Source: Clostridia bacterium (lineage in GTDB: Bacteria; Bacillota; Clostridia; Monoglobales; Monoglobaceae). From it: 32,000 nucleotides of DNA. Positions 21,269 to 29,875 of the stretch are shown here, in pieces. The notes under the pieces were generated by a model that was not told the DNA's origin, searched no databases, and was given only the letters and a program-made list of their open reading frames with translations. Within the stretch, counting starts at the first letter, position 1; each line of letters begins with the position of its first letter. A program made the translations under genes and the position numbers. Location of the stretch: assembly GCA_045576075.1 (NCBI GenBank), contig JAZNFQ010000031.1, positions 4,257-36,256 on the forward strand, in the 5' to 3' direction.

Positions 21269-23893
21269 ATGGCAAAAAAGTATGTATACCTTTTTAAAGA
21301 AGGCGACGCATCAATGAGAGAGCTTCTCGGCGGTAAGGGCGCAAACCTCGCTGAGATGACTAAAATCGGACTTCCTGTTCCCCAGGGCTTTACTGTTTCA
21401 ACAGAGGCTTGTACACAGTACTATGAGGACGGACGCAAGATTAATGATGCTATTCAGGCTGAAATAATGGAAAACATTGCTAAGATGGAAGAAATCTGCG
21501 GCAAGAAGTTCGGCGACAAGGAAAATCCTCTTCTCGTATCTGTTCGCTCAGGTGCAAGAGCGTCTATGCCGGGTATGATGGATACAATCCTCAACCTTGG
21601 TCTTAACGAAGATGTTGTTGAGGCAATGTCAGCTAAATCAGGCAACGCAAGATGGGCTTGGGACTGCTACAGAAGATTTATCCAGATGTACTCTGACGTA
21701 GTTATGGAAGTTGGTAAGAAGTATTTTGAACAGCTTATCGACGAAATGAAAGAAGCAAAGGGTGTAACTCAGGATATCGAGCTTACAGCAGATGACCTTA
21801 AGGTACTCGCTGGTCAGTTCAAGACTGAGTACAAGAATAAGATTGGTAAGGACTTCCCGACTGATCCGAAGGAACAGCTTATGGGCGCAGTAGAGGCCGT
21901 TTTCCGTTCATGGGACAACCCCAGAGCAAACGTTTACCGTCGTGACAATGATATCCCTTATTCATGGGGTACAGCTGTTAACGTACAGATGATGGCGTTT
22001 GGTAATATGGGTGATGACTGCGGTACAGGTGTTGCATTTACCCGTGACCCCGCTACAGGCGATAGAGGTCTTATGGGTGAGTTCCTTGTTAACGCACAGG
22101 GTGAGGACGTTGTTGCAGGTGTTCGTACACCTATGCCTATCGCTGAGATGGCAGACAAGTTCCCCGAAGCATTCGAAGAATTCAACAAGGTATGTGCAAT
22201 CCTTGAAGACCACTACAGAGATATGCAGGATATGGAGTTCACTGTAGAGAACAGAAAGCTCTATATGCTTCAGACAAGAAACGGTAAGAGAACTGCAAAG
22301 GCTGCTCTCAAAATCGCTTGTGACCTCGTTGATGAGGGTATGATTGATAAGAAGAAGGCAGTTGCAATGATCGACCCGAGAAACCTTGACACACTTCTCC
22401 ACCCGCAGTTTGATGCAAAGGCTCTCAAGGCTGCAACTCCTGCAGGCAGAGGTCTTGGCGCATCTCCCGGTGCTGCTTGCGGTAAGGTTGTATTTACAGC
22501 TGAGGACGCGGAAGACTGGAACGCAAGAGGCGAGAAGGTTATCCTCGTTCGTCTTGAAACATCACCTGAAGATATTACAGGTATGAAGGCTTCTCAGGGT
22601 ATCCTGACAGTTCGTGGTGGTATGACATCTCACGCAGCCGTTGTTGCTCGTGGTATGGGTACTTGCTGCGTATCAGGTTGGGGCGAGATTAATATGGACG
22701 AAGAAAACAAGAAGTTTACTCTTGCAGGTAAGACCTACAGCGAGGGCGACTTCATTTCAATCGATGGTTCAACAGGTAACATCTACGACGGAATTATCCC
22801 GACTGTTGACGCTGAAATCGCAGGCGAGTTCGGCAGAATTATGCAGTGGGCTGACGAGTTCAGAACACTTAAGGTTCGTACAAACGCTGACACTCCTGCA
22901 GATGCAAAGAAGGCTCGCGAGCTTGGTGCAGAGGGTATCGGTCTTTGCCGTACAGAGCATATGTTCTTTGAGGCAGAGAGAATTGCTGCTTTCCGCGAAA
23001 TGATTTGTGCAGACACAGTTGAAGAGAGAGAAGCTGCTCTTGAAAAGATATTGCCTTATCAGCAGGGCGACTTTGAGGCTCTCTACGAGGCGCTTGAAGG
23101 AAATCCTGTTACAATCAGATTCCTTGACCCGCCTCTCCACGAGTTCGTTCCGACCGAGGAAGCTGACATCCAGGCACTTGCAAAGGCACAGGGTAAGAGC
23201 GTTGAGGATATTAAGGCTCTTATCTCAAGCCTCCACGAGTTCAACCCGATGATGGGACACCGTGGCTGCCGTCTGGCTGTAACATACCCCGAGATTGCAA
23301 AGATGCAGACAAAGGCTGTTATCCGCGCGGCTATCAATGTTAAGAAGGCACATCCCGACTGGAACCTTGTTCCCGAGATTATGATCCCGCTTCCCGGCGA
23401 CCTCAAAGAGTTCAAGTATGTTAAGAACTTTGTTGTAGAAACAGCAGATGCAGAAATCGCAGCTGCAGGCGTAGAGCTTGCTTATGAGGTTGGTACAATG
23501 ATGGAAATCCCGAGAGCATGTCTGACAGCTGACGAGATTGCAACAGAAGCTGAATTCTTCTGCTTCGGTACAAACGACCTTACACAGATGACATACGGCT
23601 TCTCAAGAGATGATGCAGGTAAGTTCCTCGATGCTTACTATGATGCAAAAATCTTTGAGAACGACCCGTTTGCAAAGCTCGACCAGACAGGCGTTGGTAA
23701 GCTTATGGAAATGGCTATCACACTTGGTAAGCCCGTTAACTCAAAGCTCCACGTTGGTATCTGCGGTGAGCACGGCGGTGACCCCGTATCTGTTGAATTC
23801 TGCCACAAGATTGGACTTGACTACGTTTCATGTTCACCCTTCCGTGTTCCGATTGCAAGACTTGCAGCGGCACAGGCGGCTATCAACAACTAA
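21269..23893 (+). CDS. ppdK: Pyruvate, phosphate dikinase
   Basis: 874 aa. It starts MAKKYVYLF..GGKGANLAEM. The phosphohistidine loop is RGGMTSHAAVVARG. The C-terminal PEP/pyruvate domain carries FFCFGTNDLTQ and ICGEHGGDP. Confidence 0.97.
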   Translation: MAKKYVYLFKEGDASMRELLGGKGANLAEMTKIGLPVPQGFTVSTEACTQYYEDGRKINDAIQAEIMENIAKMEEICGKKFGDKENPLLVSVRSGARASMPGMMDTILNLGLNEDVVEAMSAKSGNARWAWDCYRRFIQMYSDVVMEVGKKYFEQLIDEMKEAKGVTQDIELTADDLKVLAGQFKTEYKNKIGKDFPTDPKEQLMGAVEAVFRSWDNPRANVYRRDNDIPYSWGTAVNVQMMAFGNMGDDCGTGVAFTRDPATGDRGLMGEFLVNAQGEDVVAGVRTPMPIAEMADKFPEAFEEFNKVCAILEDHYRDMQDMEFTVENRKLYMLQTRNGKRTAKAALKIACDLVDEGMIDKKKAVAMIDPRNLDTLLHPQFDAKALKAATPAGRGLGASPGAACGKVVFTAEDAEDWNARGEKVILVRLETSPEDITGMKASQGILTVRGGMTSHAAVVARGMGTCCVSGWGEINMDEENKKFTLAGKTYSEGDFISIDGSTGNIYDGIIPTVDAEIAGEFGRIMQWADEFRTLKVRTNADTPADAKKARELGAEGIGLCRTEHMFFEAERIAAFREMICADTVEEREAALEKILPYQQGDFEALYEALEGNPVTIRFLDPPLHEFVPTEEADIQALAKAQGKSVEDIKALISSLHEFNPMMGHRGCRLAVTYPEIAKMQTKAVIRAAINVKKAHPDWNLVPEIMIPLPGDLKEFKYVKNFVVETADAEIAAAGVELAYEVGTMMEIPRACLTADEIATEAEFFCFGTNDLTQMTYGFSRDDAGKFLDAYYDAKIFENDPFAKLDQTGVGKLMEMAITLGKPVNSKLHVGICGEHGGDPVSVEFCHKIGLDYVSCSPFRVPIARLAAAQAAINN

Positions 23894-23905
23894 TAAATGC
23901 ATTTT

Positions 23906-23942
23906 AAAACGAAGGTGTAAATTTTACACCTTCGTTTTTTTT
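23906..23942 (+). terminator. Intrinsic terminator of ppdK
   Basis: AAAACGAAGGTGTAAA pairs with TTTACACCTTCG, followed by T8. Confidence 0.85.
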
Positions 23943-23946
23943 GCGC

Positions 23947-23982
23947 AAAAAAGCGGAGGCGTAATTTCACGCCTCCGCTTTT
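23947..23982. terminator. Second hairpin, a bidirectional terminator that also serves the convergent GHL10/SLH gene
   Basis: GCGGAGGCG (23953-23961) pairs with CGCCTCCGC (23970-23978). It is flanked by A6 upstream and T4 downstream. Confidence 0.8.
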
Positions 23983-23995
23983 GTCATAGCATAAA

Positions 23996-25921
23996 TTATT
24001 TCATTAACTCTGATATACGATGGATAAAGAGTGCAACCTCAATTCTGCTTGCATTGCCCTGCGGATTTATGGTTCCGTCGCCGTAGCCGCTCATCAATCC
24101 GCTGTCTATGCATGCCGCAATAGCCTCGCGCGCATAGAAATCAATATAATCAGCATCTGTAAACTTATTAAGAACTGCAGTGTTCGGGATAGATGTCAAT
24201 ATACCCTCGCGGCTCATAACACGGTATGCAAGGGTCGCCATATCCTGTCGGCGAACAGGTGCGTCGGGGTCAAAGCGGTTATCACCAACGCCTGATGCAA
24301 TTCCGAGTGCGCGTGCTACGCCAATTTCGTTGTAGTAATAGGCACCCTTATAAACATCGTCAAAATTATCGGTAAATTCCGCTGTCTTACCAAGAATTCT
24401 AAGCAGCAAAACAGTATTATCCGCTCTCGTTATATTTGCGTCGGGGTCAAATTCGGTTTCACTTCTGCCCTTTATTACGCCTTGTGCGGCAAGGGCGTTT
24501 ACCGCATCCATTGCCCACCAATAATCGTCCATATCTGTAAATTTATTTACATACTTCCCTCCGATTGTCGGAACAACATAATCGTCGGTGTTTGACATAT
24601 TGTCGAGAGTAGGTGGAACGGTATTCTCCTGAACATCTTCAGAGGCATTATCCCCTGACACAGAAACGGCGTTTTCGGGCGGAGTGGCATCAGTGCTGTT
24701 TACTTCCTGCATAAGTGCATATATAGACGGATTTTCAAGAAAATCGTTATATGTAAAGCAGCAATAACCACCGATGCTTGGGTTTTCTCTGCCGTTTAGG
24801 ATGTGTGTGCGAAGCTCGTTTGTACCATTTTCGCCCGTCCACGCGGGGAGGGTGCTTGATGTTGTGCGATATGCGCCCTCGCCGATATAGAGATTTACGT
24901 CTGTGCCCCGAACAACGTCTGACCACCAATTGCAGAGTGTGGTATAATCCGCGATTTCATATCCAATATTCCAATAAATCTGCGGCATAATATAGTCTAC
25001 CCAGCCGTTTTTAACCCAAGCCCTTGAGTCTGCATAAATCTTGCTGTAGGAGCCGCCGCCCGCTGTATCGCTGCCATCTTGCATCTCGGTTTTATTTGCC
25101 CAAATTCCGCGCGGGCTGATACCAAAGCTTATATCGGGGTCGGCTTTGTGGAGTCTCTCATCAAGTGTGCGCACAAGCTTGTCAACATTGGCTCTTCGCC
25201 AATCATCGCGGTTTGGATATTCGTCCTTTGAATACGAATACGTAGCATCATCGTTAAAGCTTGCGTCGGGATAGAAATAATCGTCCATATGCAAGCCGTC
25301 AACATCATAATTCTCAACTATCTCTAGCGCCCCGTTTACTATAAGCTCAATAGATGCGCTGTCACCGGGGTTAAAATACATCTTCCCATTGCTGTCGGTC
25401 ATCACAAGATTGGGGTTTAAAACCGCGGGATTGTTTGAAGCGAGAAGGTCATTTTCCGATGACGAGTTTGTTATTCTGTATGGGTTAATCCACGCATGAA
25501 GCTGAAGCCCTCTTGCGTGTGCCTCCTGGATTGCAAAAGCGAGCGGGTCAAAGTTATCACTCGGGGCGAGGCCTTGTGTGCCTGTAAGATATCTTGACCA
25601 CGGGAAAATTTCTGATTTATAGAGCGCGTCAGCACTTGGGCGAACCTGAAAGAATACTGCGTTAAAGCCCATCGCCTTGCAGTTATCAAGTATTTCGATA
25701 AGCTCTTCTTTTAAAACTGATGTGTCCGTGGTAGGGGCTGACGGGTAGTCAATGTTTGCAACAACTGATACCCACACGCCTCGAAGCTCTGTATCCTCCA
25801 CCGCACTTACACTGCGGACTGCAGGCGGATAAAAAGCTGCGATAGAAATTACGGCGCAAATAAACAGCGCGAGCATTCTGAGAGTAAAACTGTGGTTCCT
25901 GCCTGTGTTTTTGTTAATCAC
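23996..25921 (-). CDS. Secreted glycoside-hydrolase-like family 10 (GHL10/YngK-type) protein with three C-terminal SLH domains
   Basis: The catalytic-like domain starts ELRGVWVSVVANIDYPS. Three SLH-like repeats follow (FTDMDDYWWAMDAVNALAAQGVIKG, FDDVYKGAYYYNEIGVARALGIASG, FTDADYIDFYAREAIAACIDSGLMSG). The likely start is GTG at 25921, 10 nt after AAGGAGA, which gives a signal peptide with a basic n-region. ATG at 25876 is the alternative. The track start at 26038 adds 39 implausible residues. Confidence 0.8.
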   Translation of the reverse strand: MINKNTGRNHSFTLRMLALFICAVISIAAFYPPAVRSVSAVEDTELRGVWVSVVANIDYPSAPTTDTSVLKEELIEILDNCKAMGFNAVFFQVRPSADALYKSEIFPWSRYLTGTQGLAPSDNFDPLAFAIQEAHARGLQLHAWINPYRITNSSSENDLLASNNPAVLNPNLVMTDSNGKMYFNPGDSASIELIVNGALEIVENYDVDGLHMDDYFYPDASFNDDATYSYSKDEYPNRDDWRRANVDKLVRTLDERLHKADPDISFGISPRGIWANKTEMQDGSDTAGGGSYSKIYADSRAWVKNGWVDYIMPQIYWNIGYEIADYTTLCNWWSDVVRGTDVNLYIGEGAYRTTSSTLPAWTGENGTNELRTHILNGRENPSIGGYCCFTYNDFLENPSIYALMQEVNSTDATPPENAVSVSGDNASEDVQENTVPPTLDNMSNTDDYVVPTIGGKYVNKFTDMDDYWWAMDAVNALAAQGVIKGRSETEFDPDANITRADNTVLLLRILGKTAEFTDNFDDVYKGAYYYNEIGVARALGIASGVGDNRFDPDAPVRRQDMATLAYRVMSREGILTSIPNTAVLNKFTDADYIDFYAREAIAACIDSGLMSGYGDGTINPQGNASRIEVALFIHRISELMK

Positions 25922-26046
25922 TATAAATGCATCTCCTTTTTTAGCAGGACAATATGCCCTGCTCGTTTTTCGCCTGAAAATACGGCACCTATACAATCTT
26001 ATGAGTATGTAATGTAACTTAATGCACCGATGGTGCAATTCATTAT

Positions 26047-26075
26047 ATTATACCATAAATATCATCAAGTTTCAA
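26047..26075 (-). promoter_or_regulatory. Sigma-A type promoter for the GHL10/SLH gene
   Basis: On the minus strand: TTGAAA (26075-26070), a 17-nt spacer, then TATAAT (26052-26047). Confidence 0.5.
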
Positions 26076-26080
26076 CTATT

Positions 26081-26115
26081 AAAAAGGCTCAAATCAAAAT
26101 TTTGATTTGAGCCTT
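26081..26115 (-). terminator. Intrinsic terminator of the Ldh_2/malic-enzyme operon
   Basis: AAGGCTCAAATCAAAA pairs perfectly with TTTTGATTTGAGCCTT (26084-26115). T5 follows on the minus strand. Confidence 0.85.
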
Positions 26116-26121
26116 AATATT

Positions 26122-27294
26122 TTAGATTCTCGCTACGCCTGTTTCTCTGGCAACTTTAACAACTGCCTCTGCAACAGCCGGTGCAACCCTCTTGTCAAGA
26201 GCTGATATAATAATATTTTCTTCGCTTATTTCATCATCAGGAATAAGTGATGCTAAAGCATATGAGGTAGCAACCTTCATTTCTTCGTTTATGCATTTTG
26301 CTCTGCAATCAAGAGCACCCCTGAATATTCCGGGGAATGCCAGAACATTGTTAATCTGATTCGGGAAATCCGATCTTCCTGTACCAACAATCCTTGCCCC
26401 TGCACTCTTTGCAAGATCAGGCATAATTTCAGGAGTGGGGTTTGCCATTGGGAAGAGTATGGCATCGTTTGCCATGGATTTTACCATTTCAGGTGTAACA
26501 AGATTTGGAGCCGATACACCTATAAAAACATCTGCTCCCATCAATGCATCCCCAAGAGTTCCTTTTTTGTTTTCTAAATTTGTTACCTTTGAAATTTCCT
26601 CTTGAGCACTGTTGTTGTTGGGATCGCCCTGGGTTATTATACCAAATCTATCGCAATATGTAAGGTTTTTAACGCCAATATTCATCAAATGTTTTCCTAT
26701 GGCAATTCCTGCTGAACCAGCACCGTTTATGACAACCTTTACCGTGCTTATTTCCTTTTTTACAAGCTTAAGTGCATTTATAAGCGCTGCAGCCACAACT
26801 ATTGCTGTGCCGTGCTGATCGTCATGGAATATAGGTATATCGCATATTTCCTTAAGTTTTTCTTCTATTTCAAAGCAACGCGGAGCAGATATATCTTCAA
26901 GATTAACTCCTCCAAAACTTCCGGAAAGGAGATATATAGTACGAACTATTTCATCAACATCCTTTGATTTTATGCAAAGAGGAAACGCATCTACATCGGC
27001 AAATTCCTTAAAGAGTGTGCATTTTCCTTCCATAACAGGCATACCTGCCTCCGGACCGATATCGCCAAGTCCCAAAACTGCTGTACCATCTGTAACAACT
27101 GCTACAAGGTTTGATCTGCGTGTAAGCTCGTAGGATTTATCTATATCCTTGTTTATAACCAGGCAAGGCTCTGCAACACCGGGTGTGTATGCAAGTGACA
27201 AATCTTCTTTTGTATTAATCTGTGCTCTGGAAACAACCTCTATCTTTCCATTCCACTCATAATGCTTTTCTAGAGATCTCTGTCTGATATCCAT
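26122..27294 (-). CDS. NAD(P)-dependent malic enzyme (short, about 390 aa type)
   Basis: The sequence contains LAYTPGVAEPC, VVTDGTAVLGLGDIG and the Rossmann motif INGAGSAGIA. The SD GGGAGG lies inside the end of the upstream gene, and the gap to that gene is 3 nt. Confidence 0.9.
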   Translation of the reverse strand: MDIRQRSLEKHYEWNGKIEVVSRAQINTKEDLSLAYTPGVAEPCLVINKDIDKSYELTRRSNLVAVVTDGTAVLGLGDIGPEAGMPVMEGKCTLFKEFADVDAFPLCIKSKDVDEIVRTIYLLSGSFGGVNLEDISAPRCFEIEEKLKEICDIPIFHDDQHGTAIVVAAALINALKLVKKEISTVKVVINGAGSAGIAIGKHLMNIGVKNLTYCDRFGIITQGDPNNNSAQEEISKVTNLENKKGTLGDALMGADVFIGVSAPNLVTPEMVKSMANDAILFPMANPTPEIMPDLAKSAGARIVGTGRSDFPNQINNVLAFPGIFRGALDCRAKCINEEMKVATSYALASLIPDDEISEENIIISALDKRVAPAVAEAVVKVARETGVARI

Positions 27295-27297
27295 TGA

Positions 27298-28410
27298 TTA
27301 ATCCTCCCATGGGAACTTATATTGTGTAAGGCCGAGCTCATCGCGGACAGCCATAATTTCTTTCTGAACAGACTCATTGATAGGAACACCGTCCGCTCTG
27401 GACAGACGTACGAGATGTTCCTTTTCTCCTGCTGAATATATTCTCTCTGCCCCGGGAGCTTTCTTTGAGTTTCTTACAGAACGGATAATTTCACCGGCTT
27501 TCTTTCTGCAGAGCTCTTCTCCAAGGAAATGATTTGTATCAATAGCTATGAAGAAATGTCCCAGATGATAAGGAGATTTATTACCCTGTGCGTCTTTGCC
27601 GTCGAGAGCCTTTCCGTATGAACCATCCTGAAGAACAGCTGAAAGCAACTCTACAACCATAGCATAACCGTAACCCTTGTATCCGCCAAGAGCCTCACCG
27701 ATACCGCCAAGAGTTGTGAGTGCCGCAGTGCCACCTCTGATCATTCGGAGAGCTTCGCCAGCATCTCCCTCTACAGGCTGTCCGTCCAAACCGATAATGG
27801 TTCCGGGATGAATTTCCTCGCCTATTCTCTCGTAATACTCAACCTTACCATTTTGTGTAATGGATGATGCGCAGTCAAGAATAAAGTCAAAATCCTCATC
27901 TGTGGGGATACCTATTGTGAGAGGGTTTGTACCAAACATTCCCTCAACTCCGAATGTAGGAGCTACAGACGGGCGTGCATTTGTTCCTGTCATACCTATA
28001 CAACCCTCTTTGCAGGCCATACTTGCATAATATCCAGCAATTCCGTAATGACAAGAGTTTCTTACAACTACCATACCCATACCATATTCTTTAGCCTTAT
28101 TTATAGCCATTTCCATAGCCTTATAGCCTATAACCTGACCCATTCCGTCGTGACCGTCTACTACTGCTGTAGCAGGGGTTTCTTTGATTATCTCAAAGTT
28201 AGTAACAGGGTTTTGAATACCATCCCTTATTCTGTCAAGATATATAGGTTTGAACCTATTTACCCCGTGAGACTCTATACCTCTTTTGTCAGATTCCAAA
28301 AGGACATCTGCACAAATCTTAGCGTCTTCCTCAGGGATTCCGTAACCAACAAATGAATCAATCACAAAGTTGGTAATGGTGTTCCAATCTACAACATTTT
28401 TCTTTACCAT
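27298..28410 (-). CDS. Ldh_2-family (type 2 malate/L-lactate/sulfolactate dehydrogenase) oxidoreductase
   Basis: 370 aa. ESDKRGIESHGVNRFKPIYLDRIRDG matches the Ldh_2 N-terminal signature. The SD is GGAGGAGAG. Confidence 0.82.
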   Translation of the reverse strand: MVKKNVVDWNTITNFVIDSFVGYGIPEEDAKICADVLLESDKRGIESHGVNRFKPIYLDRIRDGIQNPVTNFEIIKETPATAVVDGHDGMGQVIGYKAMEMAINKAKEYGMGMVVVRNSCHYGIAGYYASMACKEGCIGMTGTNARPSVAPTFGVEGMFGTNPLTIGIPTDEDFDFILDCASSITQNGKVEYYERIGEEIHPGTIIGLDGQPVEGDAGEALRMIRGGTAALTTLGGIGEALGGYKGYGYAMVVELLSAVLQDGSYGKALDGKDAQGNKSPYHLGHFFIAIDTNHFLGEELCRKKAGEIIRSVRNSKKAPGAERIYSAGEKEHLVRLSRADGVPINESVQKEIMAVRDELGLTQYKFPWED

Positions 28411-28443
28411 TTTCTCTCCTCCAAGTTATAAATTATAAAAATA

Positions 28444-28480
28444 TAAAAAGTGCACTTATTCCAAAATAAATAAGTGCACT
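28444..28480 (-). terminator. Terminator-like hairpin within the 5' leader of the Ldh_2/malic-enzyme operon (possible attenuator)
   Basis: On the minus strand, AGTGCACTTATT pairs with AATAAGTGCACT as a 12-bp perfect stem (28449-28460 and 28469-28480), followed by T5. It lies about 35 nt upstream of the start codon and downstream of the candidate promoter. Confidence 0.5.
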
Positions 28481-28500
28481 CCTCATCTCCATGCACCTAT

Positions 28501-28529
28501 ATTTTAATACATTTTTACTGCTTTGTCAA
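28501..28529 (-). promoter_or_regulatory. Sigma-A type promoter for the Ldh_2/malic-enzyme operon
   Basis: On the minus strand: TTGACA (28529-28524), a 17-nt spacer, then TAAAAT (28506-28501). Confidence 0.55.
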
Positions 28530-28600
28530 TATTTTTTTGAACATAATTTAATTTTCTGATATGGTTTTACAATATTGATGTAAAAACGCCAAACGAAGTC

Positions 28601-28629
28601 TTGCAATTTAAGGAAATATATGCTACAAT
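28601..28629 (+). promoter_or_regulatory. Sigma-A type promoter for argD-argF
   Basis: TTGCAA (28601-28606), a 17-nt spacer, then TACAAT (28624-28629). Confidence 0.5.
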
Positions 28630-28663
28630 AAAGGATAAATGAATTTTGAAAAGAGATGGGATT

Positions 28664-29860
28664 ATGACGCTTGAAGAGATTAAAGCACTTGACGCAAAAT
28701 ATTATATGAATACCTTTGGTGAGCGCACCCCTCTTTGTTTTACCAAAGGCGAGGGGATAGAGCTTACAGCAACAGACGGCAAAGTCTATCGCGATTTCTT
28801 TGCGGGAATTGCTGTAAATTGCTTGGGGTATGGTCACGAGAGGCTTTGCAGAGAGCTTTGCGACCAGATTACAAAGCTTATTCACGTATCTAACGTATAT
28901 TACGGCGAAGAACAGGCAAAACTTGCACAGATGCTTGCCCAAAATTCGTGTGCAGACAGAGTTTTCTTCTGTAACAGCGGTGCCGAGGCAAACGAGGGCG
29001 CAATAAAGCTTGCAAAGAAATATTTTACATCAAGAGGCATAGATAATAAATATGAGATTATAACTCTTAAAAATTCTTTCCACGGGCGCACTCTCGCAAC
29101 CGTTGCGGCAACAGGGCAGGAGAAATACCAAAAGCCATATAGGCCCTTGCTTGAAAAGTTTATCCACGTTGAAGCGAATGATATCGATGCATTAAGAGAG
29201 GCAGTCTGCGAAAATACTGCCGCAATAATGGTTGAGCTTATACAGGGTGAGAGCGGCGTGCATCCCCTTAAACAAGAGTATGTCGATGAAATCAAAAGCC
29301 TTTGCGAAGAGAATGACATAATCTTAATTGTAGACGAAATACAAACGGGAATAGGCAGATGCGGGAATTTGTTTGCGCATCAGAATTATGGCATAGAGCC
29401 TGATATATTCACTATGGCAAAGGGGCTTGGTGGCGGGGTTCCCGTTGGTGCCTTTGCGGCAAAGCAGAAATTTGCAGACGCTTTTACCCCCGGTGACCAC
29501 GGGACAACATTTGGCGGAAATCCGCTTGCAATGCGCGCGGGCTGTGTGGTAATAGACGAGCTTATAAATAATGGTGTTATTGAAAACGCACGGGGTGTCG
29601 GCAGATACTTTATTGAGAAATTAGAGGCTCTCTCGGAGTGTACGGACTGTATCGCAGAGGTTCGGGGGCAGGCTCTTATGATAGGGGTCGAGTTTAAAGA
29701 CGAAATCGCAAAGACAGTTGTATCAAATATGAGAGATGCGGGCTATATCGTCGGCGGTATAGGGGCAAAGGTTCTTCGTATAGTACCGCCTCTTATCTTA
29801 GGCCGTAATGATGTAGACGGATTTGTATCCGCTCTTGAAGAGGTTTTAGAAAATATATAA
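28664..29860 (+). CDS. argD: Acetylornithine aminotransferase (class III PLP aminotransferase)
   Basis: The sequence contains FFCNSGAEANEGAIKLAKKY, DEIQTGIGRCG and TMAKGLGGG, which includes the PLP lysine. It is adjacent to argF. I prefer ATG at 28664 over the track start TTG at 28646. Confidence 0.88.
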   Translation: MTLEEIKALDAKYYMNTFGERTPLCFTKGEGIELTATDGKVYRDFFAGIAVNCLGYGHERLCRELCDQITKLIHVSNVYYGEEQAKLAQMLAQNSCADRVFFCNSGAEANEGAIKLAKKYFTSRGIDNKYEIITLKNSFHGRTLATVAATGQEKYQKPYRPLLEKFIHVEANDIDALREAVCENTAAIMVELIQGESGVHPLKQEYVDEIKSLCEENDIILIVDEIQTGIGRCGNLFAHQNYGIEPDIFTMAKGLGGGVPVGAFAAKQKFADAFTPGDHGTTFGGNPLAMRAGCVVIDELINNGVIENARGVGRYFIEKLEALSECTDCIAEVRGQALMIGVEFKDEIAKTVVSNMRDAGYIVGGIGAKVLRIVPPLILGRNDVDGFVSALEEVLENI

Positions 29861-29875
29861 CGGGGGGTTGAAAAT

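Noticed and set aside
25922-26038. An N-terminal extension of the GHL10/SLH ORF (MHHRCIKLHYILIRLYRCRIF...)
   Set aside because: It is Cys/Arg-rich with no SD, and it would overlap the leader hairpin. GTG 25921 has an AAGGAGA SD and yields a proper signal peptide.
28432-28491. A 19-codon hydrophobic mini-ORF (MEMRSALIYFGISALFIFL) in the Ldh_2 leader on the minus strand, considered as a possible leader peptide
   Set aside because: Neither ATG has a properly spaced SD. AGGTG lies 1 nt from the first ATG and GGAG directly abuts the second. The ORF is just the translation of the hairpin arms. I keep it only as a remote alternative to the attenuator idea.
28530-28663. An ARG box (ArgR/AhrC operator) in front of argD
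   Set aside because: There are only weak half-site resemblances (TGAACATAATTTAA at about 28539-28552 and TGAATTTTGAAAA at about 28640-28652). Neither forms a convincing 18-bp palindrome.
28526-28942. A 138-aa minus-strand ORF spanning the argD 5' end and the intergenic region
   Set aside because: It overlaps the argD start and both candidate promoters. Its sequence is low-complexity and Cys/Phe-rich, and it has no SD.
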